Shown here: piece by piece, positions 37,312 through 50,323 of the stretch
Numbering within the stretch: position 1 is the first letter of the stretch
How the letters are laid out: the number at the start of each line of letters is the position of its first letter
DNA from: an uncultured Acidobacteriota bacterium
Lineage (GTDB): Bacteria > Acidobacteriota > Terriglobia > Acidiferrales > UBA7541
Reading direction: 5' to 3'
NCBI GenBank assembly: GCA_963842425.1
Contig: CAWJGQ010000007.1
Span: forward strand, 370,486 to 434,485
DNA length: 64,000 nucleotides
The notes under the pieces: model-generated
What the model saw: only the letters and a program-made list of their open reading frames with translations
Told to the model about the DNA's origin: nothing
Databases searched by the model: none
Translations under genes and position numbers: made by a program

Positions 37312-37926
37312 TCAGGCTCCTCTTGGATGAGAGTCTCGATACGCCGCTATTAAATTAACCTTACTGACTTGCGTATAAATCTGAGTCGTCTGGAGCCATG
37401 CGTGACCCAGCAGCTCCTGCACGACGCGGATATCTGCGCCTCCGTCTAGAAGGTGTGTCGCAAAGGTGTGGCGCAAAATTCGAGGTGTGACCCTGCCCAA
37501 CCCAGCGAGATTTCCGATCTTAGCGACGGCGAGCTGAAGTGTTACTGGTCGTGGAGGTCTTTCGCGGTCGGGACGAATCGACTGTTCGCGGCGAAGCAAG
37601 CTTGCTAGGCGGCTTCTTGCTTCCCAATAGGACATTGTTTCGACGCTGCCCAGATACCTCTGCTTAGGTTTCGGCTTACCACCTGTGACGCCGTAGTCCA
37701 TCCATTTGCCAATCCAAGACTTGTTTCTTCGGACGGCGCTACCAAATTGCCGAGGCCAGTCTGACGTGAACAAATATCCTTCGCGACGGCCTCCGACATA
37801 ATTAACAATCGCCTTTAAGGCCTTCCTGCCGAACGGCACGATTCGCGTTCTGCCTTTGCCGAATACACGCATCGTGCGCGCCTTGAAATCGACGTTTTCT
37901 AATCGAATCTCCGCCACTTCGCGCAC
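37312..37926 (-). pseudogene. Tyrosine recombinase/integrase, catalytic domain only (N-terminal core-binding domain missing)
   Basis: ...[16 protein letters not shown]..., [39 protein letters not shown] (R...HxxR...Y). The frame upstream of about 37950 has no integrase-like sequence and stops at 38038. Confidence 0.7.
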
Positions 37927-39275
37927 CCTGACTGTGCAGCCGCATGTCGACGCCGCGACTCTGATCTTTGTTCTTGAGCCTGCTGAGACTGCCCCGCAAC
38001 GCGGCCGTTCTTTGCAATTTGAATCATGCGAGCCGCGCTAACTTCTTTGACGCAGTCGGCGCAATAGGTACGTTCACGACCAATTTCAACGCCGCAGTTC
38101 TTGCAAAAACTTTCCGGGCGCGGCGGCGCTACATGCGGCAAACCGGTTGGAATGCCTTTCGCCTCACGCCGATGGTGTTGTGTCAGTCGAGTCGGGGGCC
38201 GATCCTGCCCGCGTGAATTTGATATCGTCGACCAAAGCATCCGACATACCGATTCCGCGACCGGCGCAACCGCACGGCTCCAGCTGGGTGCGGTCTCAGA
38301 TAGCTTTGCGGCGAACGATCCCATGAGGCGACAGGAGCCGTCTCGCTGTTCGAAGAACCAATCACGCCGTAGAGTTTCGCAGCTAATCCACCTCAGAACG
38401 TAGGCGTCCACGTCCGGGCGTATGGGCTCCATAACGTCACACGCCAGACTGTCGCGCGCCTGCGAGTCGACGTGCAAGACGCCGAGCCCGGGATCTAGTC
38501 CGAGAGCAGCGATTGATAAGCGAGTTTCAGATTCAAGCACGGCGTAGAGGTAATTAAGCATGGCGTTAACAGGATTTGTGGCGAGCCTGGGTGATCCAGT
38601 TAGCGGAGAAACGCGAGTTGCGAAAATTCGCCAACGTTCGGGCACGCGGTGGAGATCGCGCTTGGGAAAATTGACCGGTACTCTTCTCCACGCATTCCAA
38701 TAAGCGTGCGCGGCTCGCGATTCGAGCAGACGGGCTAGTTCGATTGTCTTAGCGGACGTAAGGCCCTCGGGGACCCGTGCAATTGCGTTCGCTGTTTCAC
38801 CATTGTTTAGCCCGTCGCGGGCGAGTTTTTCTTGTCCCTCCAGTTTCTTGCCGATCAACTCGCGCACAATTTGCAAGGCTGCGCCTGACTGAGGCGCGAG
38901 CGCCTGGGCGCGCCGGAGGCGGGCATCGGATGGCCGAACGGGACCAGTCACGGCAAGCACTGATCCATCTCGGTTGAGCATCACGAATGAGGCGTCCTGA
39001 TCCGCCAGCCAGCGGAGTGCACCAAGTGTCACCATTCCATCAGATCCGATTACGACCAAGCGGCGTAGACCGTGTCCGATACGTGGAAGGCAGGCGTGGC
39101 GACGTTTTGGGCCGATCCCGTCGTCAAGAATCAGATGACCTCGGTCTACATAGGCCTTGATGCCGTACCCGACAACTAATGGTGAGGGTACAGGATACGC
39201 ACCCTGAAAAGTACCCCGCCTCCGCTCAAGGAACACGAGCGCGTGGAATTTGAATATGGCTGGCCAGCGCGTCAA
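37899..39275 (-). CDS. Cas1-family endonuclease/integrase homologue, stand-alone, with a C-terminal zinc-ribbon tail
   Basis: [59 protein letters not shown] reproduce the Cas1 Glu/His/Asp-Glu core. The tail carries CKNCG...YCADC. No cas2, other cas genes or array in the window. Confidence 0.85.
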   Translation of the reverse strand: MTRWPAIFKFHALVFLERRRGTFQGAYPVPSPLVVGYGIKAYVDRGHLILDDGIGPKRRHACLPRIGHGLRRLVVIGSDGMVTLGALRWLADQDASFVMLNRDGSVLAVTGPVRPSDARLRRAQALAPQSGAALQIVRELIGKKLEGQEKLARDGLNNGETANAIARVPEGLTSAKTIELARLLESRAAHAYWNAWRRVPVNFPKRDLHRVPERWRIFATRVSPLTGSPRLATNPVNAMLNYLYAVLESETRLSIAALGLDPGLGVLHVDSQARDSLACDVMEPIRPDVDAYVLRWISCETLRRDWFFEQRDGSCRLMGSFAAKLSETAPSWSRAVAPVAESVCRMLWSTISNSRGQDRPPTRLTQHHRREAKGIPTGLPHVAPPRPESFCKNCGVEIGRERTYCADCVKEVSAARMIQIAKNGRVAGQSQQAQEQRSESRRRHAAAQSGCAKWRRFD

Positions 39276-39369
39276 GCAGGCGGCTTGACTTGTTACGTAT
39301 GAGGCATCAATGTGACCGAACTATACGGACGTCACCATGTGAAGGTCAGCTCAAACCAGCCGGTTGCAC

Positions 39370-40708
39370 TTAGAAAGGCAGCCACTCGAAGGGAAACAAC
39401 TTTCCCGCCGCTTCGGGATCGAGTTTCACTCCTGCGACCTCGGCGGCCCGAGCGAGAACGGGATCTCGCTCGGCGGCGAGATCCTGTGGTGTCGGCAGGA
39501 CGATTTCATCTGGCGTTACGCCAACGTGCTCAAGGCTCTTGCCGTCCTTCATGATCAAATCGGCCTCCGTAACAGAAAACCCATAGTAAATCTCCGCACC
39601 CAGCCCGTGAGCGAACGGGTATATTTGCGCTTCCATAACACTCCCCGAGCTGCGATCTCCTAGAACGAGTCCGCGATGTTCCAACTGAATCACGCGGGCA
39701 AATAGTTCCGCGGCCGATGCTGACGCGCTGTCCACGATGACGATGATTTCGCCCGCGAAAGCGTGGCCGCCCAAGGTCTTGGCGACCTCTGGCCTCAGAT
39801 CCTTTCTACCTACGCGATCGGCGATCTTCACGTCATGATCGAATACGTTTCCGAGCATGCGGTCCAGCGTCGTCACCGCACCGCCGGGGTTGCCTCGAAG
39901 ATCGAGAATCAACGTGTTGTGCTTGCGGACGGCGTCAAAGAGATGATCCACTTCGGGATCAGAAATAAAGAACCTCGGCATCTTCCAGATCACTGCGTCG
40001 TCCATCACCTGCTGTTGCTGCCGAAGCACGTGACCTTCATTCTCACTTTCTCTCAACAACTGGTAATAGTCATTGCCGGACGTGCCCGTAATATTGCGTT
40101 CGGCCTTCAATTGACGGGTCGCGGTGTCAACCAAGACTCTGCGGGACGGCTCCATCGGGATCACGCAGGTCCAGCTGTGTTTTGCTTCGGGGACTGAGGC
40201 CGTTAAACATGTACATGAGATCGCTGAAGTCGTTTCTGTTCACGGAGTTGGTTTCATAGGCAAGCACTTGGTCTCCCGGATGCATTTTCGATTCCGCATC
40301 CGTACCGGGGCGGATGCGGGTGATGAATGCGTTGTCGCCGAACAATTGCATTCGAAATCCGTAATGGAACCGGAACGGACGATCGGGCGGTATCATGAAC
40401 GTATGGCTGTCTTTCAGGCTTCCGAGAAATGCGGCCACCATGCGAAGGCATTCGTTGAAGCTTGACGCGTTCTTGATTCGCTCATCGTACTGCTGATACA
40501 AGGCTTCCAAGTCGAGACCGTGGTACGCAGGGTCGTAATAGTATTTCTTCACCGAATCACGGCCATCGCGCAGTATTCCGCGCCCTCGATCGATTTGCAT
40601 GTTGTCGAATTTCTGTTGGGCGCGCGCGACGCTGGGCGAGGTCAGAAACGCACTCGTACTCAGCAACAAGATCAACGCGATGCGGATGCGTTTTTTAAGC
40701 ACTGACAA
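39370..40708 (-). pseudogene. Peptidase S41 (tail-specific protease family), split by a frameshift near 40127-40164
   Basis: The N-terminal ORF (signal peptide plus PDZ-like part, 40127..40708) and the C-terminal ORF (LILDLRGNPGG, VDSASASAAE catalytic Ser region, 39370..40164) overlap by 38 nt in different frames. Confidence 0.6.
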
Positions 40709-40832
40709 CCTCTTCCAGTCTGCCTGAGCTGCTCACACGACGTGCCTATACATGACCCCGAATCACTAGTCAATAACGGTATTGAAGAAGGAATCACGGG
40801 TTATAGCTGTGGGGCGAACGACGGCCGAATCG

Positions 40833-41990
40833 TCAGACGGTGGGAAGCATGCCGACGCCGGCGGCGGCGACGCTGTCGCGCGACGTGTTCTTCACGAGGT
40901 ACATCGCTTCGTCGGCAAGATGCAGAAGCTCGGCTTTGGTGCGGGAGTCGGTGGGATACGCGGCCACGCCGACGCTGGCGGTCAGGCGCACAGGCGTCCC
41001 GGTGCCCTTCAACCATTCCGTCTCGCGGATCAGCTTATGCAGGCGGTGCGCCACGCCGAGCGCATTTTCCTTGGACGTTTGCGGCAGCAGGACCACGAAT
41101 TCGTCGCCGCCGTATCGGAACGCCAGGTCAATCAGGCGGCACTTCTCCTTGATTGCCTCTCCAATTTCGGCGAGCAGTTTCGAGCCGACCAGATGTCCAT
41201 GCGTATCGTTGACCATCTTGAAGCGGTCGAGGTCTATGAAAATCAGCGAGAACTCAAAAGCGTAGCGGTGCGAGCGATAGATCTCGGTATCGAGCATGAA
41301 ATTCAAATGCCGGGCGTTGTAGAGGCTGGTGCAATCGTCGGTGATCGTAAGCTCGTGAATGCGCTGGACGTGCCGCGCATTTTCGATGGCGATCGCGGCG
41401 TAGTCGGCGAGCGCCTCGAGCAGCGCGAGATCTCGCGCGCTGAATCCCTCCGGGCCGATGCAATTGATCAGCTCGATCACGCCGAGGCACTGGTCTCGGA
41501 AGCGGACCGGCACGGCGACGATCGAGCGTGTCGCCATTTTCGTCTTTTCATCCACTTGGCCGAAAAATCTGGAATCCTTGCTTGTGTCTGCGACCACCAC
41601 CGCTTCGCCGGACTCCGCCACCCAGCCTGCGAGTCCCTGGCCGACCTTGATGCGCACGTCCTTGAGTGCGTCCGCGCCCGCGCCCGTTGCAATCTGAAAG
41701 TACAGCTCGCGCTTCTCGAGGTCCATCAGCAGCAGCGACCACGTGTCCGGGCGCAGGACCTCATTGATTTTTTCCATGATCGTGCGCAGTACCTGATCGA
41801 GCTGCAGCGACGAAGTGAGAGCTTTGCCGAGTTCGTGGAAAACGTTTACTTCGGTTGTTTCCGGGACCGGAGGCTCGATGTCCGGATTACGGCGCCGTTC
41901 CACGCCCTCAAAGGGCTTGGAGTCAGCGGCTCGCCGCAATCGGTCGGCGGGGCTGCGCGACTTGGCGTCTTGGGATTCGGGGAGCAACAT
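40833..41990 (-). CDS. GAF domain-containing diguanylate cyclase (GGDEF)
   Basis: N-terminal GAF-like region and a C-terminal GGDEF domain with RYGGDEFVVLL. The longer + strand ORF 40782..42002 is its antisense shadow. Confidence 0.88.
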   Translation of the reverse strand: MLLPESQDAKSRSPADRLRRAADSKPFEGVERRRNPDIEPPVPETTEVNVFHELGKALTSSLQLDQVLRTIMEKINEVLRPDTWSLLLMDLEKRELYFQIATGAGADALKDVRIKVGQGLAGWVAESGEAVVVADTSKDSRFFGQVDEKTKMATRSIVAVPVRFRDQCLGVIELINCIGPEGFSARDLALLEALADYAAIAIENARHVQRIHELTITDDCTSLYNARHLNFMLDTEIYRSHRYAFEFSLIFIDLDRFKMVNDTHGHLVGSKLLAEIGEAIKEKCRLIDLAFRYGGDEFVVLLPQTSKENALGVAHRLHKLIRETEWLKGTGTPVRLTASVGVAAYPTDSRTKAELLHLADEAMYLVKNTSRDSVAAAGVGMLPTV

Positions 41991-42138
41991 TTGCCATTAT
42001 AGTGAACCATTTTCAACTCTAGCAACGGGCATTCCAATTCGATTGCTGAAAGGCCAATGGCCTGTCCTTTCGGCATTAATTCCCGGGCAGCATTGACACC
42101 CCACCTACCGACGCCTATATTTTTGATGGTCCCTGCGG

Positions 42139-42933
42139 ATGTCTTCGACACCTTTCGGCGAACACCTTCGGCGCGAACGTGAAATGCGCGGCGTTTCTCT
42201 TGACGAGATCTCCGCCGCCACGCGCATCAGCACGCGTTTTCTCGAAGCCATTGAAAAAGATCAATGGGAATTGCTGCCGGGAGGGGTTTTCAATCGCGGC
42301 TTCATTCGCTCGATCGCGCGTTTTTTGGGGCTCGATGAAGATAGCCTCGTCGCCGAGTACGCGCTGGGGACGGCGAGCGATGCTCAGGTCCACGTCGCCG
42401 CTCAGCGATCCCGTCAGATGCCGCGAAACTGGCGTCCGGCTGCGGCCGCGGTTGTCGCCATCGCGCTGATTATCGCCGGCGGAATCTTCGGATACCATCA
42501 CTACGGCTCAGGGATCGCTGCGCGGCTTCACGAGCGTTTCCTGACGGGCCGTGCAGGCGCGCGCACCGGAGTTGCCACCAGCCAACCCGCCGCACCGAAT
42601 CCTGGCGCAGCCAACGAATTACCCACCCCGGCTGCTGCGCCGCCGGTGAGCGACCAGGCACCCGCCGGCCTCGCTCTCAACGTGCAGGCTGCAAAGCAAG
42701 CGGAACTGAAAGTGATCGCGGACGGGACAGTCGTTTTCGATGGCTCCGTCCAGCCGGGTGACGTGAAGCAATTCAACGCGCAGGACAATTTCGAAATCAC
42801 GTCCAGCGAATCCAGCGCGGTGTCGCTCGAGCTCAATGGGCAAACCATGGCACCGATAGGGACGCCGGGAAAGCCCGCAAGCGTCGCATTGACGCGAAAC
42901 AATTTGAAGCCCGCGACTGGAGGGTCCCATTAG
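42139..42933 (+). CDS. RodZ-like helix-turn-helix membrane protein
   Basis: XRE-type HTH (FGEHLRREREMRGVSLDEISAATRISTRFLEAIE), a central TM segment, and a C-terminal DUF4115-like beta domain. Confidence 0.75.
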   Translation: MSSTPFGEHLRREREMRGVSLDEISAATRISTRFLEAIEKDQWELLPGGVFNRGFIRSIARFLGLDEDSLVAEYALGTASDAQVHVAAQRSRQMPRNWRPAAAAVVAIALIIAGGIFGYHHYGSGIAARLHERFLTGRAGARTGVATSQPAAPNPGAANELPTPAAAPPVSDQAPAGLALNVQAAKQAELKVIADGTVVFDGSVQPGDVKQFNAQDNFEITSSESSAVSLELNGQTMAPIGTPGKPASVALTRNNLKPATGGSH

Positions 42934-42985
42934 CGCTGAACTGCGCACCCAAATTTGTTCCGGCCACGCGCGTCCGGAACAGAAG

Positions 42986-43891
42986 ATGGCCGTCTGCTCC
43001 GGAGGAGTGCAAGTTGCCCCCGAGGACCGCGTGGAAATGCTCGCGGTGCTGGCTTCGGACGCCGATCCCGCGATCGCCGACCGCGCGCAGAATGCGCTGC
43101 TGACGCAGCCTTTGGAGTCATTCCTCGCTGCGACTGCACGGCCCGACGCGGACGCGCGTTTCTTCGCTTACTGCACCGATAACTTGGGCGAAAAGCCGGG
43201 TGTAGCCGATGCGCTGGCGAAGAGCACCGCCTGCCCCACAGCGCACGTCGCGCGCCTGGCGAATTATCTGACCCCGGTGGGAATCCAGTCGTTGCTCGAT
43301 AATATGGATCGGTTCACGTCCGATCCGCAGTTGATCATCGCCGTAGGCGCTTGTCCGGGTGCGAATCCGGAACAGCGCGACTTGCTCGCGGAAATGCAAA
43401 AGGGCGCGGTCGCATCCGCGGAGATTGCGGAGGCTGCTGCGGAGGTCGAGCCGGACCCCGTGAAGCGCGAAACGCTGATGCAGAGAGTCACGCATATGAA
43501 CGTGGTGCAGCGGCTCACGCTGGCGCTCAAAGGCGGCCGCACCGAGCGGATGCTGCTGATCAAGGACCCGAACAAGCTCGTTCAAAGGTGCGTGCTGCAA
43601 TCGCCCCGGCTGACTGACACCGAGGTCGAGGCATTTGCCTCGATGACCAATCTGACCGGAGAAATCCTCCGGGCGATCGCGCTGACTCGTCTTTTCATGA
43701 AGAATTATTCTGTCGTGCGGAATCTCACCAACAACCCGAAGACTCCGCTCGACGTCTCGCTCCACCTGTTCCCTCGTCTTACGGCGACAGACCTGGTGAA
43801 ACTCACGGCAAACAAGAATGTTCCCGAGACGCTGCGATCTTCCGCCCTGAAGCTTCACAAGAAGCGCAAGATGAACGCACCGGGCGCCTGA
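42986..43891 (+). CDS. Hypothetical protein (alpha-helical repeat-like)
   Basis: 301 aa in a coding-like frame between rodZ-like and rlmI. No motif I can name. Confidence 0.55.
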   Translation: MAVCSGGVQVAPEDRVEMLAVLASDADPAIADRAQNALLTQPLESFLAATARPDADARFFAYCTDNLGEKPGVADALAKSTACPTAHVARLANYLTPVGIQSLLDNMDRFTSDPQLIIAVGACPGANPEQRDLLAEMQKGAVASAEIAEAAAEVEPDPVKRETLMQRVTHMNVVQRLTLALKGGRTERMLLIKDPNKLVQRCVLQSPRLTDTEVEAFASMTNLTGEILRAIALTRLFMKNYSVVRNLTNNPKTPLDVSLHLFPRLTATDLVKLTANKNVPETLRSSALKLHKKRKMNAPGA

Positions 43892-43958
43892 GCGGCGAAA
43901 GCAAGCGCTGTTCCCGGCGGAAGAGCGAGGCTTCAGCCTGGCGCTGCTTCGTGCGACA

Positions 43959-45161
43959 TTGGATTGGTTTCAGCCCATGGCTACCGCAAGACCAGTTACC
44001 GAAGGATCTGTGGTGATCACCCCGCGGGGCGTCGAACGCCTTCGCTCGGGTCATCTGTGGATCTATCGCAGCGACGTTCGGTCGGCCCATGCCGAACCCG
44101 GCGCCGTGGTCCGGCTCACCGACGAGCGCGGCAATTTTTTCGGGCGCGCCTTCTATAGCGACAAATCGCAAATCTCCATACGGCTTCTTACGCGCGAGGA
44201 CGTTCCCATTGACCGCGCATTTTTTGCGGCGCGAATTCGCAGGGCCGCCGCCTACCGCGATTTGGTGGTTGAAAACTCTGACGCCTGCCGGATGGTTTAT
44301 GGTGAAGCCGATCTTCTGCCATCCGTGATTGTGGACCGCTACGGCGATTACATTGTCCTGCAGACCCTCAGCCAGGCCAGCGACCGCCTGAAAAGCCTGC
44401 TCGTCGAAATCCTGGTAGAACAATTTTCGCCGAAGGGGCTGGTCGAGCGAAATGATCCCAAAGTACGAATGCTGGAGGGGCTCGACCAGCGCGTCAGCGT
44501 CCTTCACGGTGACGTGCCTCCCGAAGTTCTCGCCAGGGAAAACGGAGTGACGTTTGTTTGCGATCTTGCCAAAGGGCAGAAGACCGGCTCCTTCCTCGAC
44601 CAGCGTGAAAACCATTGGGCGGCCCGGCGATATGCTTCCGGAGACGTCCTCGACTGCTTCAGCTATCAGGGCGGATTCGCGCTGACTGTCGCGGACCGGT
44701 GCGAACATGTCGAGGGGATAGACATGGCGCCCGCGGCCATCGAAGCGGCTCGCCGAAATCAGCAGCTGAACTCGATTTCGAATGCCACCTTCCGCGAAGG
44801 GAACACCTTCGACCTGCTCAAGGAATACGACGAGGCTGGCCGCCGCTTCCAGATGGTCATTCTCGATCCCCCGGCGTTCGCCAAGAATCGGGACAGCATT
44901 CCGGCGGCGCGCCGGGGATACAAGGAGATCAATTTGCGGGCGCTGAAGCTGCTCAAGCCGGGCGGCTTTCTGGTTACGTGCTCGTGCTCCTACCACATCA
45001 CCGAGCCGCTGTTCCTACAGATCGTCGCCGAGGCGGCGAACGACGCCCGCAAGAATGTCGTGGTCGTCGAGCGGCGGACCCAGGCCCAGGATCACCCGAT
45101 CATGCTGACGATGCCGGAAACGCACTACCTGAAGTGCATGATATTCAAGGTCATGGATTAG
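43959..45161 (+). CDS. rlmI: Class I SAM-dependent rRNA (cytosine-C5) methyltransferase, RlmI-like
   Basis: PUA-like N-terminus (LRSGHLWIYRSDV), SAM motif (VLDCFSYQGGFAL), ...ILDPPAFAK..., 400 aa. Confidence 0.85.
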   Translation: MDWFQPMATARPVTEGSVVITPRGVERLRSGHLWIYRSDVRSAHAEPGAVVRLTDERGNFFGRAFYSDKSQISIRLLTREDVPIDRAFFAARIRRAAAYRDLVVENSDACRMVYGEADLLPSVIVDRYGDYIVLQTLSQASDRLKSLLVEILVEQFSPKGLVERNDPKVRMLEGLDQRVSVLHGDVPPEVLARENGVTFVCDLAKGQKTGSFLDQRENHWAARRYASGDVLDCFSYQGGFALTVADRCEHVEGIDMAPAAIEAARRNQQLNSISNATFREGNTFDLLKEYDEAGRRFQMVILDPPAFAKNRDSIPAARRGYKEINLRALKLLKPGGFLVTCSCSYHITEPLFLQIVAEAANDARKNVVVVERRTQAQDHPIMLTMPETHYLKCMIFKVMD

Positions 45162-45205
45162 TGTAAACATAGGTATTCACTTGCTTTAGCCCATCCAATT
45201 TGTAC

Positions 45206-45234
45206 TTGACAGTGACACGCTAAGATAATATCAT
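45206..45234 (+). promoter_or_regulatory. Possible sigma-70-type promoter upstream of clpB
   Basis: TTGACA (45206-45211), a 17-nt spacer, then TATCAT (45229-45234), about 80 nt upstream of the clpB ATG. Read by eye only. Confidence 0.3.
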
Positions 45235-45315
45235 GTGCCAACGCTAATTCAAAGTGAAGCGCAATATTCGGCGATATTCTTTACTCACGTTTTGAGAAAG
45301 TGAGAGAATTCCAAC

Positions 45316-47928
<2,613 letters not shown>

Positions 47929-47950
47929 GCGGGCGCCAAGGACAACGGCC

Positions 47951-48790
47951 ATGAAGACATTCAAGACTGCGTTCCTGCTGACGGCTTTGACTCTGCTGCT
48001 GGTCCTTGTTGGCGCGCGCTACGGCGGGCCCAACGGCATGGCGCTGGGGCTTGGTTTCGCCGTCCTGATGAACGGTACGGCATATTTTTTCTCGGATAAG
48101 ATCGCATTGATGTCCAGCGGCGCGCAGCCGATCAGCCGCGAGCAATCGCCGCGCCTCTATGCGGTGATGGAGCGCCTGGCCGCAAAGGCGAATTTGCCTG
48201 TTCCCAAGCTCTATATGATTCCGCAGTCTGCGCCGAACGCCTTCGCCACCGGCCGCAACCCGAGCCATGCGTCGGTCGCGGTCACGCAGGGCCTGATGCA
48301 ATTGATGGACGACGAAGAACTCGAAGGCGTGATCGCGCACGAACTCTCGCACGTCCGCAATTACGATATTTTGACGTCTTCGATTGCGGCCACGATCGCC
48401 GGCGCCGTCACGTTTATTGCGCGGATGGGATTCTGGTTCGGCGGCGGACGCGATCGCAACCGCCAGGGCGGCGGTATCGCCGCGATTCTAATGCTCATTC
48501 TCGGGCCGTTTGCGGCGATGCTGCTTCAGCTCGGCGTCTCCCGCCAGCGCGAATACCAGGCGGACGCTTCCGGCGCGCAGATGGTGGGCTATTCGCAAGG
48601 TCTGGTTCGCGCGCTTCAGAAGCTGGGTGCATACAACCAGAAAATCCCGATGGACATCCCGTCATCCACAGCCGCGCTGTGCATCGTGGCTCCGTTGACC
48701 GCCCGGGAATTCATGTCCAGCATGTTCAGCACGCACCCGCCGCTGGCGGATCGCATCGCGCGTTTGCAGAGCATGACCATCACGCGCTAA
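47951..48790 (+). CDS. htpX: Zinc metalloprotease HtpX (peptidase M48)
   Basis: Start set to ATG 47951 (MKTFKTAFLL...). HELSHV zinc motif and TM segments. Confidence 0.9.
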   Translation: MKTFKTAFLLTALTLLLVLVGARYGGPNGMALGLGFAVLMNGTAYFFSDKIALMSSGAQPISREQSPRLYAVMERLAAKANLPVPKLYMIPQSAPNAFATGRNPSHASVAVTQGLMQLMDDEELEGVIAHELSHVRNYDILTSSIAATIAGAVTFIARMGFWFGGGRDRNRQGGGIAAILMLILGPFAAMLLQLGVSRQREYQADASGAQMVGYSQGLVRALQKLGAYNQKIPMDIPSSTAALCIVAPLTAREFMSSMFSTHPPLADRIARLQSMTITR

Positions 48791-49091
48791 GCGCATTGCG
48801 CGGGCAATCTGCGGGGACTCATCTGCCGTATCTGGTACGAAGTAAGCGCCGCGCCCACAGCAAGCCTACTCCCGAGCCCCCTTCTAGTGCCTTTTTTGTC
48901 ACTGCGCAGAAACCATTAAAGCCACGTAAAATTTGCAGGGTAAGCCCCCCTTCCAGGCTGTAGTACCCAGGCGTACCCCACCGTATATCATTCATTCTGG
49001 GGGCGTTACCGACGCCACGCCGAAATCGTGCATTTGGCTTCGCGCGTGCTTTTATTAGTTTCTGCAAGGGGTTCCCACGGAGGAAACGAAA

Positions 49092-49934
49092 ATGATTGAC
49101 GAAAAGCCGGTAATCGTAGAACAGGAAGGGGCCGCCCCGCGATGGATCGGGATTGTTGTCGTGGTGTTGGCCATTGTTTCGCTCGCAGCGCTCGGTGTGG
49201 GCTGGACCGCTTCAAATCGCGCGAACGCGCTTCAGCAGACGCTGACGGCGCAGACGCGTCAATTCACCCAGAGCGATGACGTGATGAGCCAGCGGCTCGC
49301 GAAGGCGGAAGACACCAACGCGCAGCTGCAGGGCGAACTCAGCGTCGTGACCGATAAGATGAAATTGACGGAATCCGAACTCGGCCGCGCCCGCACGCAG
49401 ACCAAAAAGATCAAGGAAGAAGACGCGCAGCAGCTGACAGACCTCACGAACAACGTGAACGGTCAGTTGGCCACGAAGGCCAGCGTTGATGACGTCAACA
49501 AGCTCGGCACGGACGTCACCGGTGTCAAGACCGACCTCGACGCGACCAAGAGCAACCTGAACATGACTCGCGGCGAATTCGGCACGTTGATCGCGAAGAA
49601 CCACGACGAAGTCGAAGAGCTCCGCCGCCTGGGCGAGCGCGACTATTATGAGTTCACCATCGACAAGAAGAACACCCGCGAAAAGGTGGGCAGCCTGATG
49701 GTCGAACTCCGCAGCGTCAACACAAAGAAGAGCCAGTATTCGGTCAGCATCTTCGTTGACGATCAGCTCCACGAAAAGAAGAACCTGTCGGCTAACGAGC
49801 CGCTGTACTTCTTCTCGAATGGCAGCCGCGCCCCGCTCGAGTTCGTCGTGAATTCGATCGGCAAGGATAAGATCGTCGGATACCTGAGCACCCCGAAGGC
49901 TGGAGCAGCGCACGCACAGGCTTCCGGAAACTAA
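49092..49934 (+). CDS. Hypothetical membrane-anchored coiled-coil protein
   Basis: 280 aa. One N-terminal TM helix, a long heptad-like region and a globular C-terminus. Followed by a strong terminator. Confidence 0.6.
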   Translation: MIDEKPVIVEQEGAAPRWIGIVVVVLAIVSLAALGVGWTASNRANALQQTLTAQTRQFTQSDDVMSQRLAKAEDTNAQLQGELSVVTDKMKLTESELGRARTQTKKIKEEDAQQLTDLTNNVNGQLATKASVDDVNKLGTDVTGVKTDLDATKSNLNMTRGEFGTLIAKNHDEVEELRRLGERDYYEFTIDKKNTREKVGSLMVELRSVNTKKSQYSVSIFVDDQLHEKKNLSANEPLYFFSNGSRAPLEFVVNSIGKDKIVGYLSTPKAGAAHAQASGN

Positions 49935-49980
49935 CCTGACTGGCTGCCATTCCCCTGGCGGGGGCGGCCGGCAAAAACAA

Positions 49981-50016
49981 AAGGGCGTCCGCCGCGGCGG
50001 ACGCCCTTTTTCTTTT
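49981..50016. terminator. Bidirectional Rho-independent terminator between convergent genes
   Basis: aagggcgtccgcc-gc-ggcggacgccctt forms a perfect ~13-bp GC stem, flanked by an A-run upstream and tttttctttt downstream. Confidence 0.85.
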
Positions 50017-50025
50017 CGGTCGAAG

Positions 50026-50196
50026 TTATTCTGCTTTGCTGAGGGCCCGCATTTTGCGGGTCAGAAACTTCTTGGCCAGCGCGGGAAGCTTGTCGTGCGG
50101 AAGTTTTCCCTGCTCGTAGAGCTTCACTTTCGCCTTGGCTGTCTTGCGCCGGCGCCGCTGGCGCTTCTGCGCCACGTAACGCTTGTCATATGCCAT
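50026..50196 (-). CDS. Small highly basic hypothetical protein (56 aa)
   Basis: Start at ATG 50196 after ggagga (MAYDKRYVAQKRQRRRRKTAKAK...). Ends at the bidirectional terminator. Confidence 0.5.
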   Translation of the reverse strand: MAYDKRYVAQKRQRRRRKTAKAKVKLYEQGKLPHDKLPALAKKFLTRKMRALSKAE

Positions 50197-50323
50197 TCCA
50201 TTCTCCTCCGAATTTGAGCGACAGTTGATTGTAACGAAGAAGCACACGGATGCAAGCTCGGCTGTGTTTTAGCCGCCCGCTTCCGGTAGCATTCTTGAGT
50301 AGCCCCGGGGAAAGCTGGAGACG

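Noticed and set aside
35300-40710. Casposon interpretation of the Cas1 island
   Set aside because: There is no family-B DNA polymerase gene and I could find no long terminal inverted repeats or target duplication around the patch. It is kept as a solo-Cas1/decayed integrative element instead.
40782-42002. 406-aa ORF on the + strand, longer than the gene I called
   Set aside because: The opposite strand encodes a clean GAF-GGDEF protein (RYGGDEFVVLL). The + strand product has no recognisable domain.
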